A program made the translations under genes and the position numbers. A stretch of DNA of 64,000 nt from the human T2T-CHM13v2.0 reference genome, Homo sapiens. Shown piece after piece: positions 27,401 to 42,815 of the stretch. The stretch's first letter is position 1; each line of letters begins with the position of its first letter. The notes beneath the pieces are model-generated. The model made no database searches, was not told where the DNA came from, and saw nothing but the letters and a program-made list of their open reading frames with translations. The DNA lies in assembly GCF_009914755.1 (NCBI RefSeq), contig NC_060940.1; one strand, given 5' to 3'.

Positions 27401-30400
27401 GGTTCCATTTCATTCCATTCGATGATGATTCCATTCGATTCCATTCGATGATTCCATTTGATTCCATTCGACGGTGACCAATTCGATTCAATTCCATGAT
27501 GATTCTATTTGATTCAATTAGATGATGTTTCCATTCGAATCCATTCCATGATTATTCCATTGGAATCCATTCGGCGATGATTCCATATGAGTCAATTCAA
27601 TGATGATTCCATATGGGTCCGTTCGATGATAATTCCTTTTGATTTCATTCGATGCTTCTATTCAATTCCAGTTGATGGTGATTCCGTTGGAGTCCATACG
27701 ATGATTCCATTTGATTTCATTTGATGATGATTCCATTCGATTCCATTCGATGATGATTACATTGGATTCCATTCTATGATTCCATTCAATTCCATTCGTT
27801 GATGATTCGATTCCATTCAATGATGATTCCATTTGAGTTCATTCGATGATTCTATTCGATTCCGTTCGATGGTGATTCAATTCTCTTATATTGGATGATT
27901 CCACTCGATTCCATTTGATGATTATTCCATTGGAGTCCACTTAGTGAATCCTTTAGATTCTACTCGAAGATGATTCCATTCGAGTCCATTCGATGGTACC
28001 ATTCAATTCCATTCGTTGATGCTTCCATTCAAGTGCATTCGATGATATCATTCGATTCCATTTGATGATAATTCCATTTGATTCCATGCGATGATTCTAT
28101 TCGATTCCATTCAATGATAATTCCATTCAATTCAGTGATTCCTCTGGACTCCATTTGATGATGATTCCATTCAATGATTCCATTCGATTCTATTCGAAAA
28201 TGATTCCATTTGAATCCATTTGATGATGATTCCATTAGATTCCATTTGATGATTCTATTCGATTCCATTCGACGATGATTCCATTCGATTCCATTTGATG
28301 ATTCCATTCTATTCTATTCGATGATGATTCCATTCGATTCCATTCGATGATGATTGGATTCGATTCCATTTGATGATTTCATTTGATTCCATTCGATAAT
28401 GATTTTGATCAATTCCATTCGATGATTCCATTCGATTCCATTCGATAATGATTACATCCGAGTCCATTCGATGATTCCATTTGAGCCCGTTCGATAATTC
28501 CATTTGAGTCCAATCAATGATTGCATTCATTTCCATTCAATGATTCCATTCGAGTCCATTTGATCATTCCGGTAGGGTCCGTTCGATGTTGATTCCATTG
28601 GAGTGCATTCGATGATTCCATTCGAGTCCAATTTATGATTTGGTTCGAGTCCTTTCGATGATTCCATTCGATTCCACTCGATGATGATTTCATTCGAGTC
28701 CATTCGACACTTCCAATCGATTCCATTTGATGTTTCCTTTCGAGTCCAATTGATGATTCCATTCAATTCCATTCGATGATGATTCCGTACGATTCCACTC
28801 TGTGATGATTCCAAGTGATTGCATTCAATGATGATTCCTTTCGATTGCATTCGATTATGATTCATTTCGTGTTCATTCTATGGTTCCACAGGTTTCCATT
28901 CGTGTCCATTCCATTATTCCATTCTATTCCATTTGATGATGATTCCATTCGATTCCATTCATTGGTGATTCCACTCAATTCCATTCAATGATTCCATTCC
29001 ATTTCTTTCAACAATGATTCCATTAGTTTCTAATCGATGATCCACTTGGTTCCATTTGACGACGATTCCATTCTTGTCCATTCGATGATTCCATTTGATT
29101 CCATATGATGATGATTCCATTCGATTCCATACCATGATGATTCCATTCGAGTCCATTCAATGGTGATTCCATTCAATTCCATTCGATGATTCCTTTCGAT
29201 TCCATTCAATGATGATGGCATTCGATTCCTTTCAATCATTCCCTTTGATTCCATTCAAAGGTGATTTCATTCAAGTCCATTCGATAATTGCATTCGATTC
29301 CATTCTATGATGATTCCATTCGAGTCCATTTGATGATTCCATTCAATTCAAGTCAATGATGATTCCATTCAATTCCATTCGATGATTCCATTGGATTCCA
29401 TTCGATGATGATTCCATTCAAATCCATTCGATAATTCAATTCAAGTCCATTCGATGATGATTCCAATCGAATCCATTCAAAGATTCCATTCTGTTCCATT
29501 CGATGATTCCCTTAGATTCCATTCGATGATTCCACTTGATTGCATTTACGATGATTCCATTCGATTCCATGTGATGATTCCATTCAATTCTATTCAATGA
29601 TGTCTCCATTTGATTCCATTCGACCATGATTGCCTTTGATTCCATTCAATGATTCCATTCGGTTCCGTTTGATGATGATTCCGTTCGATTCCATTTGATG
29701 ATTCCATTTGATTCCATTGGATGAGTCCATTCGATTACATTCGATGATTATTCCATTCGAGTGCATTAGATGATTCCATTCGAGTCCATTCGATGATTCC
29801 ATTCGATTCCATTCGATGTTGATTCTGTTCAAATCCATTCGATGATTCCACTCGATTCCATTCGTTGACTCCATTTGATCCCATTTGATGATTTCCTTTG
29901 ATTCCCTTTGATGATCATTCCATTTGATTCAATTCGGTGATTTCATTTGATTCCATTCAGTGATGTTTCCATTCGACTCCATTCGATGATGATTCCATTC
30001 GACTCCATTCGATTATGATTTCATTCAATTCCATTCGATAATGATTCCCTTCGAGTCCATTCGATGATTCCATTCGATTCCATTCAACGATGACTTGATT
30101 CGTGTCCATTCGATGATTCCATTTGATTCCACTTGACGATGATTCCATTCGAGTCCATTTGATGATTCCATTCAATTCCATACTCCGATGATTTCTTTTG
30201 AGCCCACTCAATGCTTCCACTCGATTCCATATGATGATGACTCCATTCGATGAAATTCGATGATGATTCCATTCGCTTGCTTTCGATGATGATTCCACTT
30301 GAGTCCGTTAGAAGATTCTATTCAATTACATTCCATGACGATTCCGTTCGAGTCCATTTGATGATTCCATTAGACTCCATTCGACGATGATTCCATTCGA

Positions 30401-30591
30401 TGTTATTCCATGATTCCATTCGATCTCATTCGATGATGATTCCATTCAACTCCATTCGATGTTTCCATTCGAGTTCATTCTATTATTCCATTAGATTCCA
30501 TTCGATGATGATTCCATTCGATTCCATTTGATGATTGCATTCTATTTCATTTGATGATGATTCCATTCGAGTCCACTCGATGATTCCATTC
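24470..30591 (+). repeat. 6.1-kb HSat2 unit 5 (6122 bp; type B)
   Basis: Landmark at 24470 and 30592; extra TTCCATTCGA decamer at 27731-27750; many diagnostic substitutions (e.g. CGTGTCCATTTG ~25800, GAGTGCATTCAAC ~25870, GGTGACCAATT ~27475, GAGCCCGTTCG ~28485). Confidence 0.93.
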
Positions 30592-33500
30592 GAGTCCATT
30601 TAATGAATCCATTGGTTTCAATTCTATGATGATTACATTGGATTCCATTCGTTGATGATTTCATTCGGTTCCATTCAATGATGATTCCATTCAATTCCTT
30701 TCAATGTTTCCATTCAATTCCATACGATGATGATTCCATTTGATTTGATTCGACAGTGAGCCATTCGATTCAATTCCATGATGATTCTATTTGATTCAAT
30801 TGGTTGACATTTCCATTCGATTCCATTCGATGATGATTCCCTTTGATTCCGTTCAAAGATGATTCCATTCTAGCCCATTCAATCATTCCATTCGATTCTA
30901 TTCAATGATGATTCCATTCATGTCGATTTGGTGATTCCATTTGACTTCATTTGATGATGATTCCTTTCAAGTTCATTAGATGATTCCATTCGATTCCATT
31001 TGATGATGATCCCATTCGAGTCCATTCAGTGATTCCATTCGTTTCCATTCCATGATGATTCCATTCCTTTCCATTCAATGATTCCATTCGATTCCGTTTG
31101 ATGATGATTTCATTCGAGTCCATTTGATGATTCCATTTGATTCCATTCGATGATGATTCCATTCGAGTCCATTCGATGATTCTATTCGAATCCATTTGAT
31201 GATTTCTTTTGATTATTTTTGGTGATGATTCCATTGGAGTCCATTCAATGATTCCATTCTATTCCAATCGATGATGATTCCATTAGAGTCCATTTAATGA
31301 TTCCATTTGATTCCAGTCTCTGATGATTACATTCGAGTCCATACGATGATTCCACTCAATTCCATATGATGATGATTCCATTTGATTCCATTCGGTGATT
31401 CCATTCTATTCTATTCAATGGTGATTCCATTCGAGTACATTAGATGATTCCATTCGATTCCATTCAATGATGATTCTATTTGTGTCCCTTAGATGATTCC
31501 ACATGATTCCATTACATGATGATACTATTTGAGCCCATCCAATGATTCCCTTCGATTCCATTCGATGAGGATTCCATTCGATTCAATTCATTGGTGATTC
31601 TATTCAATTCAATTCTTTGATTCCATTCCATTCCATTCGACAATGATTCCATTCGATTTCTTTCGATGATTCCACTCGATTCCACTTGACATTGATTCCA
31701 TTCGATTCCATTCAATGATTCCATTTGATTCCAGTGGATGATGATTGCCATCGATTCCATTCGATCACTCCATTCTATTCCATTTGATGATGATTACATT
31801 CGATTCCATTTGATGATTCCATCTGATTCTATTCGAGGATTCCATTTGATTCCATTCGATGATGATTCCATTCGAGTCCATTTGATGATTTCATTCGAGT
31901 ACATCCAATGATTCCATTCGAGTCCATTAGATGATTCCATTTGATTCCATTTGAAAATGATTCTACTAGAGTCCATTCAATGACTCCATTCGAGTCCATT
32001 CAACAATTCCATTCGACTCCATTCGATGATTCCATTCGATTCCATTTGATGGTTCCATTCGAGTCCATTTAATCATTACAGTCGAGTCCATTTGGTGATT
32101 CCAATGGATTTCTTTTGATAATGATACCATTCAATTACATTTGATGATGATCCCATTCAATTTCATTTGATGATGATTCCATTAGAGTCCATTCGATGAT
32201 TTCATTCGAGTCCCTTCATTGATTCCATCCGATTTCATTGGATGATGACTCCATTCGAGTCCATTCGATGATTCCACTCGATTCCATTAGATGACTCCAT
32301 TGGAGTCCATTTGATTGTTCCATTCGATTCCATTCGATTCCTTTCGAAGATTATTCCATTTGAGTCCATTCGATGATGATTCCATTCCATTCCATTCGAT
32401 GATTCCGTTTGATTCCATTCGATGATTCCCTTCGATTCCTTTCTTTGATGATTCCATTCCATTCCATTCAATGATTCCATTCGAATCTATTCCATGATGA
32501 TTCCTTTCGATTCCATTCGCTGATGTTTCCGTTCAATTCCATTCGATGATGATTCCATTCGATTCCATTCATTGAGGATTCCATTTCATTCCATTCAATG
32601 ATGATTCCATTCTATTCCATTCAATGATTGCATTCAATTCCATTCAATGATTATCCCATTAGAGTAAACTCAACGATTCCATTCAATACCATTCAATGAT
32701 GATTCCTTTTGAGTCCATTCAATGATTTCATTCAAGTCCATTTGATGATTCCTTTCAATTCCATTCTATGATGATTCCATTCGAGTCCATTCGATGATTC
32801 CATTCGATTGCATTCGATGATTCCATTATATTCCATTCAACGGTGATTCCATTCGAGTCCATTCCATGATTCCATTATAGTACATTTAATGATTGCTTTG
32901 TTTTCAATTCGAAGATGATTACATTGGATTCCATTCTATGATACCATTCGATTCCATTCAATGATGATTCCACTCAAATCCATTGGATGATTCCATTCGT
33001 GTCCATTCGGTGATTTCATTAGATTCCATTCGAGGATGATTCCATTCGATTCCATTCGATGATTCCATTCAATTCCATTCGATGATGATTCCATTCCAGT
33101 CCATATGATCATTCCATTTGATTTCATTCGATGATGATTCCATTCGATTCCTTTCGACGATTCCATTCTATTCCATTCGATGATGATTCCATTCGAGTCC
33201 ATTCGATGATTCCATTCGAGTCCATTTAATGATTCCATTGGGTTCAATTCAATGATGATTACATTGGATTCCGTTCTATGATTCCATTCAATTCCGTTCA
33301 TTGACAATTTGATTCCATTCGATGATGATTCCATTTGAGTTCATTCGATGATTCTATTCGATTCTCTTCGATGGTGATTCAATTCTATTATATTGGATGA
33401 TTCCATTCGATTCCATTTGATGTTGATTCAATTCGATTCTATTCGATGATGATTCCATTGGATTTCACTTGATGATTCTATTCGATTCCATTCAATGATG

Positions 33501-36500
33501 ATTCACTTCTCGTCCATTGGATGATTCCATTTCATTCCATTCGATGATGATTCCATTCGATTCCATTCGATGATTCCATTTGATTCCATGCGACGGTGAG
33601 CAATTCGATTCAATTCCATGATGATTCTATTTGATTCAATTAGATGATGTTTCCATTCGAATCCATTCCATGATTATTCCATTGGAATCCATTCGGCGAT
33701 GATTCCATATGAGTCAATTCAATGATGATTCCATATGGGTCCGTTCGATGATAATTCCATTTGATTTCATTCGATGCTTCTATTCTATTCCAGTCGATGA
33801 TGATTCCGTTGGAGTCCATACGATGATTCCATTTGATTTCATTTGATGATGATTCCATTCGATGATGATTACATTGGATTCCATTCTATGATTCCATTCA
33901 ATTCCATTCGTTGATGATTCGATTCCATTCAATGATGATTCCATTTGAGTTCATTCGATGATTCTATTCGATTCCGTTCTATGGTGATTCAATTCTCTTA
34001 TATTGGATGATTCCACTCGATTCCATTTGATGATTATTCCATTGGAGTCCACTTAGTGAATCCTTTAGATTCTACTTGAAGATGATTCCATTCGAGTCCA
34101 TTCGATGGTACCATTCAATTCCATTCGTTGATGCTTCCATTCAAGTGCATTCGATGATATCATTCGATTCCATTTGATGATAATTCCATTTGATTCCATG
34201 CGATGATTCTATTCGATTCCATTCAATGATAATTCCATTCAATTCAGTGATTCCTCTGGACTCCATTTGATGATGATTCCATTCAATGATTCCATTCGAT
34301 TCTATTCGAAAATGATTCCATTTGAATCCATTTGATGATGATTCCATTAGATTCCATTTGATGATTCTATTCGATTCCATTCGACGATGATTCCATTCGA
34401 TTCCATTTGATGATTCCATTCTATTCTATTCGATGATGATTCCATTCGATTCCATTCGATGATGATTGGATTCGATTCCATTTGATGATTTCATTTGATT
34501 CCATTCGATAATGATTTTGATCAATTCCATTCGATGATTCCATTCGATTCCATTCGATAATGATTACATCCGAGTCCATTCGATGATTCCATTTGAGCCC
34601 GTTCGATAATTCCATTTGAGTCCAATCAATGATTGCATTCATTTCCATTCAATGATTCCATTCGAGTCCATTTGATCATTCCGGTAGGGTCCGTTCGATG
34701 TTGATTCCATTGGAGTGCATTCGATGATTCCATTCGAGTCCAATTTATGATTTGGTTCGAGTCCTTTCGATGATTCCATTCGATTCCACTCGATGATGAT
34801 TTCATTCGAGTCCATTCGACACTTCCAATCGATTCCATTTGATGTTTCCTTTCGAGTCCAATTGATGATTCCATTCAATTCCATTCGATGATGATTCCGT
34901 ACGATTCCACTCTGTGATGATTCCAAGTGATTGCATTCAATGATGATTCCTTTCGATTGCATTCGATTATGATTCATTTCGTGTTCATTCTATGGTTCCA
35001 CAGGTTTCCATTCGTGTCCATTCCATTATTCCATTCTATTCCATTTGATGATGATTCCATTCGATTCCATTCATTGGTGATTCCACTCAATTCCATTCAA
35101 TGATTCCATTCCATTTCTTTCAACAATGATTCCATTAGTTTCTAATCGATGATCCACTTGATTCCATTTGACGACGATTCCATTCTTGTCCATTCGATGA
35201 TTCCATTTGATTCCATATGATGATGATTCCATTCGATTCCATACCATGATGATTCCATTCGAGTCCATTCAATGGTGATTCCATTCAATTCCATTCGATG
35301 ATTCCTTTCGATTCCATTCAATGATGATGGCATTCGATTCCTTTCAATCATTCCCTTTGATTCCATTCAAAGGTGATTTCATTCAAGTCCATTCGATAAT
35401 TGCATTCGATTCCATTCTATGATGATTCCATTCGAGTCCATTTGATGATTCCATTCAATTCAAGTCAATGATGATTCCATTCAATTCCATTCGATGATTC
35501 CATTGGATTCCATTCGATGATGATTCCATTCAAATCCATTCGATAATTCAATTCAAGTCCATTCGATGATGATTCCAATCGAATCCATTCAAAGATTCCA
35601 TTCTGTTCCATTCGATGATTCCCTTAGATTCCATTCGATGATTCCACTTGATTGCATTTACGATGATTCCATTCGATTCCATGTGATGATTCCATTCAAT
35701 TCTATTCAATGATGTCTCCATTTGATTCCATTCGACCATGATTGCCTTTGATTCCATTCAATGATTCCATTCGGTTCCGTTTGATGATGATTCCGTTCGA
35801 TTCCATTTGATGATTCCATTTGATTCCATTGGATGAGTCCATTCGATTACATTCGATGATTATTCCATTCGAGTGCATTAGATGATTCCATTCGAGTCCA
35901 TTCGATGATTCCATTCGATTCCATTCGATGTTGATTCTGTTCAAATCCATTCGATGATTCCACTCGATTCCATTCGTTGACTCCATTTGATCCCATTTGA
36001 TGATTTCCTTTGATTCCCTTTGATGATCATTCCATTTGATTCAATTCGGTGATTTCATTTGATTCCATTCAGTGATGTTTCCATTCGACTCCATTCGATG
36101 ATGATTCCATTCGACTCCATTCGATTATGATTTCATTCAATTCCATTCGATAATGATTCCCTTCGAGTCCATTCGATGATTCCATTCGATTCCATTCAAC
36201 GATGATTTGATTCGTGTCCATTCGATGATTCCATTTGATTCCACTTGACGATGATTCCATTCGAGTCCATTTGATGATTCCATTCAATTCCATACTCCGA
36301 TGATTTCTTTTGAGCCCACTCAATGCTTCCACTCGATTCCATATGATGATGACTCCATTCGATGAAATTCGATGATGATTCCATTCGCTTGCTTTCGATG
36401 ATGATTCCACTTGAGTCCGTTAGAAGATTCTATTCAATTACATTCCAGGACGATTCCGTTCGAGTCCATTTGATGATTCCATTAGACTCCATTCGACGAT

Positions 36501-36703
36501 GATTCCATTCGATGTTATTCGATGATTCCATTCGATCTCATTCGATGATGATTCCATTCAACTCCATTCGATGTTTCCATTCGAGTTCATTCTATTATTC
36601 CATTAGATTCCATTCGATGATGATTCCATTCGATTCCATTTGATGATTGCATTCTATTTCATTTGATGATGATTCCATTCGAGTCCACTCGATGATTCCA
36701 TTC
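30592..36703 (+). repeat. 6.1-kb HSat2 unit 6 (6112 bp; chimeric A/B)
   Basis: Landmark at 30592 and 36704; first ~3.3 kb resembles unit 4, the remainder resembles unit 5. Confidence 0.92.
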
Positions 36704-39700
36704 GAGTCCATTTAATGAATCCATTGGTTTCAATTCTATGATGATTACATTGGATTACATTCGTTGATGATTTCATTCGGTTCCATTCAATGATGATTCC
36801 ATTCAATTCCTTTCAATGTTTCCATTCAATTCCATACGATGATGATTCCATTTGATTTGATTCGACAGTGAGCCATTCGATTCAATTCCATGATGATTCT
36901 ATTTGATTCAATTGGTTGACATTTCCATTCGATTCCATTCGATGATGATTCCCTTTGATTCCGTTCAAAGATGATTCCATTCTAGCCCATTCAATCATTC
37001 CATTCGATTCTATTCAATGATGATTCCATTCATGTCGATTTGGTGATTCCATTTGACTTCATTTGATGATGATTCCTTTCAAGTTCATTAGATGATTCCA
37101 TTCGATTCCATTTGATGATGATCCCATTCGAGTCCATTCAGTGATTCCATTCGTTTCCATTCCATGATGATTCCATTCCTTTCCATTCAATGATTCCATT
37201 CGATTCCGTTTGATGATGATTTCATTCGAGTCCATTTGATGATTCCATTTGATTCCATTCGATGATGATTCCATTCGAGTCCATTCGATGATTCTATTCG
37301 AATCCATTTGATGATTTCTTTTGATTATTTTTGGTGATGATTCCATTGGAGTCCATTCAATGATTCCATTCTATTCCAATCGATGATGATTCCATTAGAG
37401 TCCATTTAATGATTCCATTTGATTCCAGTCTCTGATGATTACATTCGTGTCCATACGATGATTCCACTCAATTCCATATGATGATGATTCCATTTGATTC
37501 CATTCGGTGATTCCATTCTATTCTATTCAATGGTGATTCCATTCGAGTACATTAGATGATTCCATTCGATTCCATTCAATGATGATTCTATTTGTGTCCC
37601 TTAGATGATTCCACATGATTCCATTACATGATGATACTATTTGAGCCCATCCAATGATTCCCTTCGATTCCATTCGATGAGGATTCCATTCGATTCAATT
37701 CATTGGTGATTCTATTCAATTCAATTCTTTGATTCCATTCCATTCCATTCGACAATGATTCCATTCGATTTCTTTCGATGATTCCACTCGATTCCACTTG
37801 ACATTGATTCCATTCGATTCCATTCAATGATTCCATTTGATTCCAGTGGATGATGATTGCCATCGATTCCATTCGATCACTCCATTCTATTCCATTTGAT
37901 GATGATTACATTCGATTCCATTTGATGATTCCATCTGATTCTATTCGAGGATTCCATTTGATTCCATTCGATGATGATTCCATTCGAGTCCATTTGATGA
38001 TTTCATTCGAGTACATCCAATGATTCCATTCGAGTCCATTAGATGATTCCATTTGATTCCATTTGAAAATGATTCTACTAGAGTCCATTCAATGACTCCA
38101 TTCGAGTCCATTCAACAATTCCATTCGACTCCATTCGATGATTCCATTCGATTCCATTTGATGGTTCCATTCGAGTCCATTTAATCATTACAGTCGAGTC
38201 CATTTGGTGATTCCACTGGATTTCTTTTGATAATGATACCATTCAATTACATTTGATGATGATCCCATTCAATTTCATTTGATGATGATTCCATTAGAGT
38301 CCATTCGATGATTTCATTCGAGTCCCTTCATTGATTCCATCCGATTTCATTGGATGATGACTCCATTCGAGTCCATTCGATGATTCCACTCGATTCCATT
38401 AGATGACTCCATTGGAGTCCATTTGATTGTTCCATTCGATTCCATTCGATTCCTTTCGAAGATTATTCCATTTGAGTCCATTCGATGATGATTCCATTCC
38501 ATTCCATTCGATGATTCCGTTTGATTCCATTCGATGATTCCCTTCGATTCCTTTCTTTGATGATTCCATTCCATTCCATTCAATGATTCCATTCGAATCT
38601 ATTCCATGATGATTCCTTTCGATTCCATTCGCTGATGTTTCCGTTCAATTCCATTCGATGATGATTCCATTCGATTCCATTCATTGAGGATTCCATTTCA
38701 TTCCATTCAATGATGATTCCATTCTATTCCATTCAATGATTGCATTCAATTCCATTCAATGATTATCCCATTAGAGTAAACTCAACGATTCCATTCAATA
38801 CCATTCAATGATGATTCCTTTTGAGTCCATTCAATGATTTCATTCAAGTCCATTTGATGATTCCTTTCAATTCCATTCTATGATGATTCCATTCGAGTCC
38901 ATTCGATGATTCCATTCAATTGCATTCGATGATTCCATTATATTCCATTCAACGGTGATTCCATTCGAGTCCATTCCATGATTCCATTAGAGTACATTTA
39001 ATGATTGCTTTGTTTTCAATTCGAAGATGATTACATTGGATTCCATTCTATGATACCATTCGATTCCATTCAATGATGATTCCACTCAAATCCATTGGAT
39101 GATTCCATTCGTGTCCATTCGGTGATTTCATTAGATTCCATTCGAGGATGATTCCATTCGATTCCATTCGATGATTCCATTCAATTCCATTCGATGATGA
39201 TTCCATTCCAGTCCATATGATCATTCCATTTGATTTCATTCGATGATGATTCCATTCGATTCCTTTCGACGATTCCATTCTATTCCATTCGATGATGATT
39301 CCATTCGAGTCCATTCGATGATTCCATTCGAGTCCATTTAATGATTCCATTGGGTTCAATTCAATGATGATTACATTGGATTCCGTTCTATGATTCCATT
39401 CAATTCCGTTCATTGACAATTTGATTCCATTCGATGATGATTCCATTTGAGTTCATTCGATGATTCTATTCGATTCTCTTCGATGGTGATTCAATTCTAT
39501 TATATTGGATGATTCCATTCGATTCCATTTGATGTTGATTCAATTCGATTCTATTCGATGATGATTCCATTGGATTTCACTTGATGATTCTATTCGATTC
39601 CATTCAATGATGATTCACTTCTCGTCCATTGGATGATTCCATTTCATTCCATTCGATGATGATTCCATTCGATTCCATTCGATGATTCCATTTGATTCCA

Positions 39701-42700
39701 TGCGACGGTGAGCAATTCGATTCAATTCCATGATGATTCTATTTGATTCAATTAGATGATGTTTCCATTCGAATCCATTCCATGATTATTCCATTGGAAT
39801 CCATTCGGCGATGATTCCATATGAGTCAATTCAATGATGATTCCATATGGGTCCGTTCGATGATAATTCCATTTGATTTCATTCGATGCTTCTATTCTAT
39901 TCCAGTCGATGATGATTCCGTTGGAGTCCATACGATGATTCCATTTGATTTCATTTGATGATGATTCCATTCGATGATGATTACATTGGATTCCATTCTA
40001 TGATTCCATTCAATTCCATTCGTTGATGATTCGATTCCATTCAATGATGATTCCATTTGAGTTCATTCGATGATTCTATTCGATTCCGTTCTATGGTGAT
40101 TCAATTCTCTTATATTGGATGATTCCACTCGATTCCATTTGATGATTATTCCATTGGAGTCCACTTAGTGAATCCTTTAGATTCTACTTGAAGATGATTC
40201 CATTCGAGTCCATTCGATGGTACCATTCAATTCCATTCGTTGATGCTTCCATTCAAGTGCATTCGATGATATCATTCGATTCCATTTGATGATAATTCCA
40301 TTTGATTCCATGCGATGATTCTATTCGATTCCATTCAATGATAATTCCATTCAATTCAGTGATTCCTCTGGACTCCATTTGATGATGATTCCATTCAATG
40401 ATTCCATTCGACTCTATTCGAAAATGATTCCATTTGAATCCATTTGATGATGATTCCATTAGATTCCATTTGATGATTCTATTCGATTCCATTCGACGAT
40501 GATTCCATTCGATTCCATTTGATGATTCCATTCTATTCTATTCGATGATGATTCCATTCGATTCCATTCGATGATGATTGGATTCGATTCCATTTGATGA
40601 TTTCATTTGATTCCATTCGATAATGATTTTGATCAATTCCATTCGATGATTCCATTCGATTCCATTCGATAATGATTACATCCGAGTCCATTCGATGATT
40701 CCATTTGAGCCCGTTCGATAATTCCATTTGAGTCCAATCAATGATTGCATTCATTTCCATTCAATGATTCCATTCGAGTCCATTTGATCATTCCGGTAGG
40801 GTCCGTTCGATGTTGATTCCATTGGAGTGCATTCGATGATTCCATTCGAGTCCAATTTATGATTTGGTTCGAGTCCTTTCGATGATTCCATTCGATTCCA
40901 CTCGATGATGATTTCATTCGAGTCCATTCGACACTTCCAATCGATTCCATTTGATGTTTCCTTTCGAGTCCAATTGATGATTCCATTCAATTCCATTCGA
41001 TGATGATTCCGTACGATTCCACTCTGTGATGATTCCAAGTGATTGCATTCAATGATGATTCCTTTCGATTGCATTCGATTATGATTCATTTCGTGTTCAT
41101 TCTATGGTTCCACAGGTTTCCATTCGTGTCCATTCCATTATTCCATTCTATTCCATTTGATGATGATTCCATTCGATTCCATTCATTGGTGATTCCACTC
41201 AATTCCATTCAATGATTCCATTCCATTTCTTTCAACAATGATTCCATTAGTTTCTAATCGATGATCCACTTGATTCCATTTGACGACGATTCCATTCTTG
41301 TCCATTCGATGATTCCATTTGATTCCATATGATGATGATTCCATTCGATTCCATACCATGATGATTCCATTCGAGTCCATTCAATGGTGATTCCATTCAA
41401 TTCCATTCGATGATTCCTTTCGATTCCATTCAATGATGATGGCATTCGATTCCTTTCAATCATTCCCTTTGATTCCATTCAAAGGTGATTTCATTCAAGT
41501 CCATTCGATAATTGCATTCGATTCCATTCTATGATGATTCCATTCGAGTCCATTTGATGATTCCATTCAATTCAAGTCAATGATGATTCCATTCAATTCC
41601 ATTCGATGATTCCATTGGATTCCATTCGATGATGATTCCATTCAAATCCATTCGATAATTCAATTCAAGTCCATTCGATGATGATTCCAATCGAATCCAT
41701 TCAAAGATTCCATTCTGTTCCATTCGATGATTCCCTTAGATTCCATTCGATGATTCCACTTGATTGCATTTACGATGATTCCATTCGATTCCATGTGATG
41801 ATTCCATTCAATTCTATTCAATGATGTCTCCATTTGATTCCATTCGACCATGATTGCCTTTGATTCCATTCAATGATTCCATTCGGTTCCGTTTGATGAT
41901 GATTCCGTTCGATTCCATTTGATGATTCCATTTGATTCCATTGGATGAGTCCATTCGATTACATTCGATGATTATTCCATTCGAGTGCATTAGATGATTC
42001 CATTCGAGTCCATTCGATGATTCCATTCGATTCCATTCGATGTTGATTCTGTTCAAATCCATTCGATGATTCCACTCGATTCCATTCGTTGACTCCATTT
42101 GATCCCATTTGATGATTTCCTTTGATTCCCTTTGATGATCATTCCATTTGATTCAATTCGGTGATTTCATTTGATTCCATTCAGTGATGTTTCCATTCGA
42201 CTCCATTCGATGATGATTCCATTCGACTCCATTCGATTATGATTTCATTCAATTCCATTCGATAATGATTCCCTTCGAGTCCATTCGATGATTCCATTCG
42301 ATTCCATTCAACGATGATTTGATTCGTGTCCATTCGATGATTCCATTTGATTCCACTTGACGATGATTCCATTCGAGTCCATTTGATGATTCCATTCAAT
42401 TCCATACTCCGATGATTTCTTTTGAGCCCACTCAATGCTTCCACTCGATTCCATATGATGATGACTCCATTCGATGAAATTCGATGATGATTCCATTCGC
42501 TTGCTTTCGATGATGATTCCACTTGAGTCCGTTAGAAGATTCTATTCAATTACATTCCAGGACGATTCCGTTCGAGTCCATTTGATGATTCCATTAGACT
42601 CCATTCGACGATGATTCCATTCGATGTTATTCGATGATTCCATTCGATCTCATTCGATGATGATTCCATTCAACTCCATTCGATGTTTCCATTCGAGTTC

Positions 42701-42815
42701 ATTCTATTATTCCATTAGATTCCATTCGATGATGATTCCATTCGATTCCATTTGATGATTGCATTCTATTTCATTTGATGATGATTCCATTCGAGTCCAC
42801 TCGATGATTCCATTC
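36704..42815 (+). repeat. 6.1-kb HSat2 unit 7 (6112 bp; chimeric A/B, near-copy of unit 6)
   Basis: Landmark at 36704 and 42816; shares GATTATTTTTGG, CCGTTCTATGG, CTACTTGAAG and GGTACC variants with unit 6. Confidence 0.92.

Noticed and set aside
28511-28523. Perfect palindrome CAATCA-A-TGATTG created by two type B alleles (type A reads CAACCAATGATTC)
   Set aside because: Arms are only 6 bp and the two differences lie on opposite arms, which does not fit a single template-switch event; chance is sufficient.
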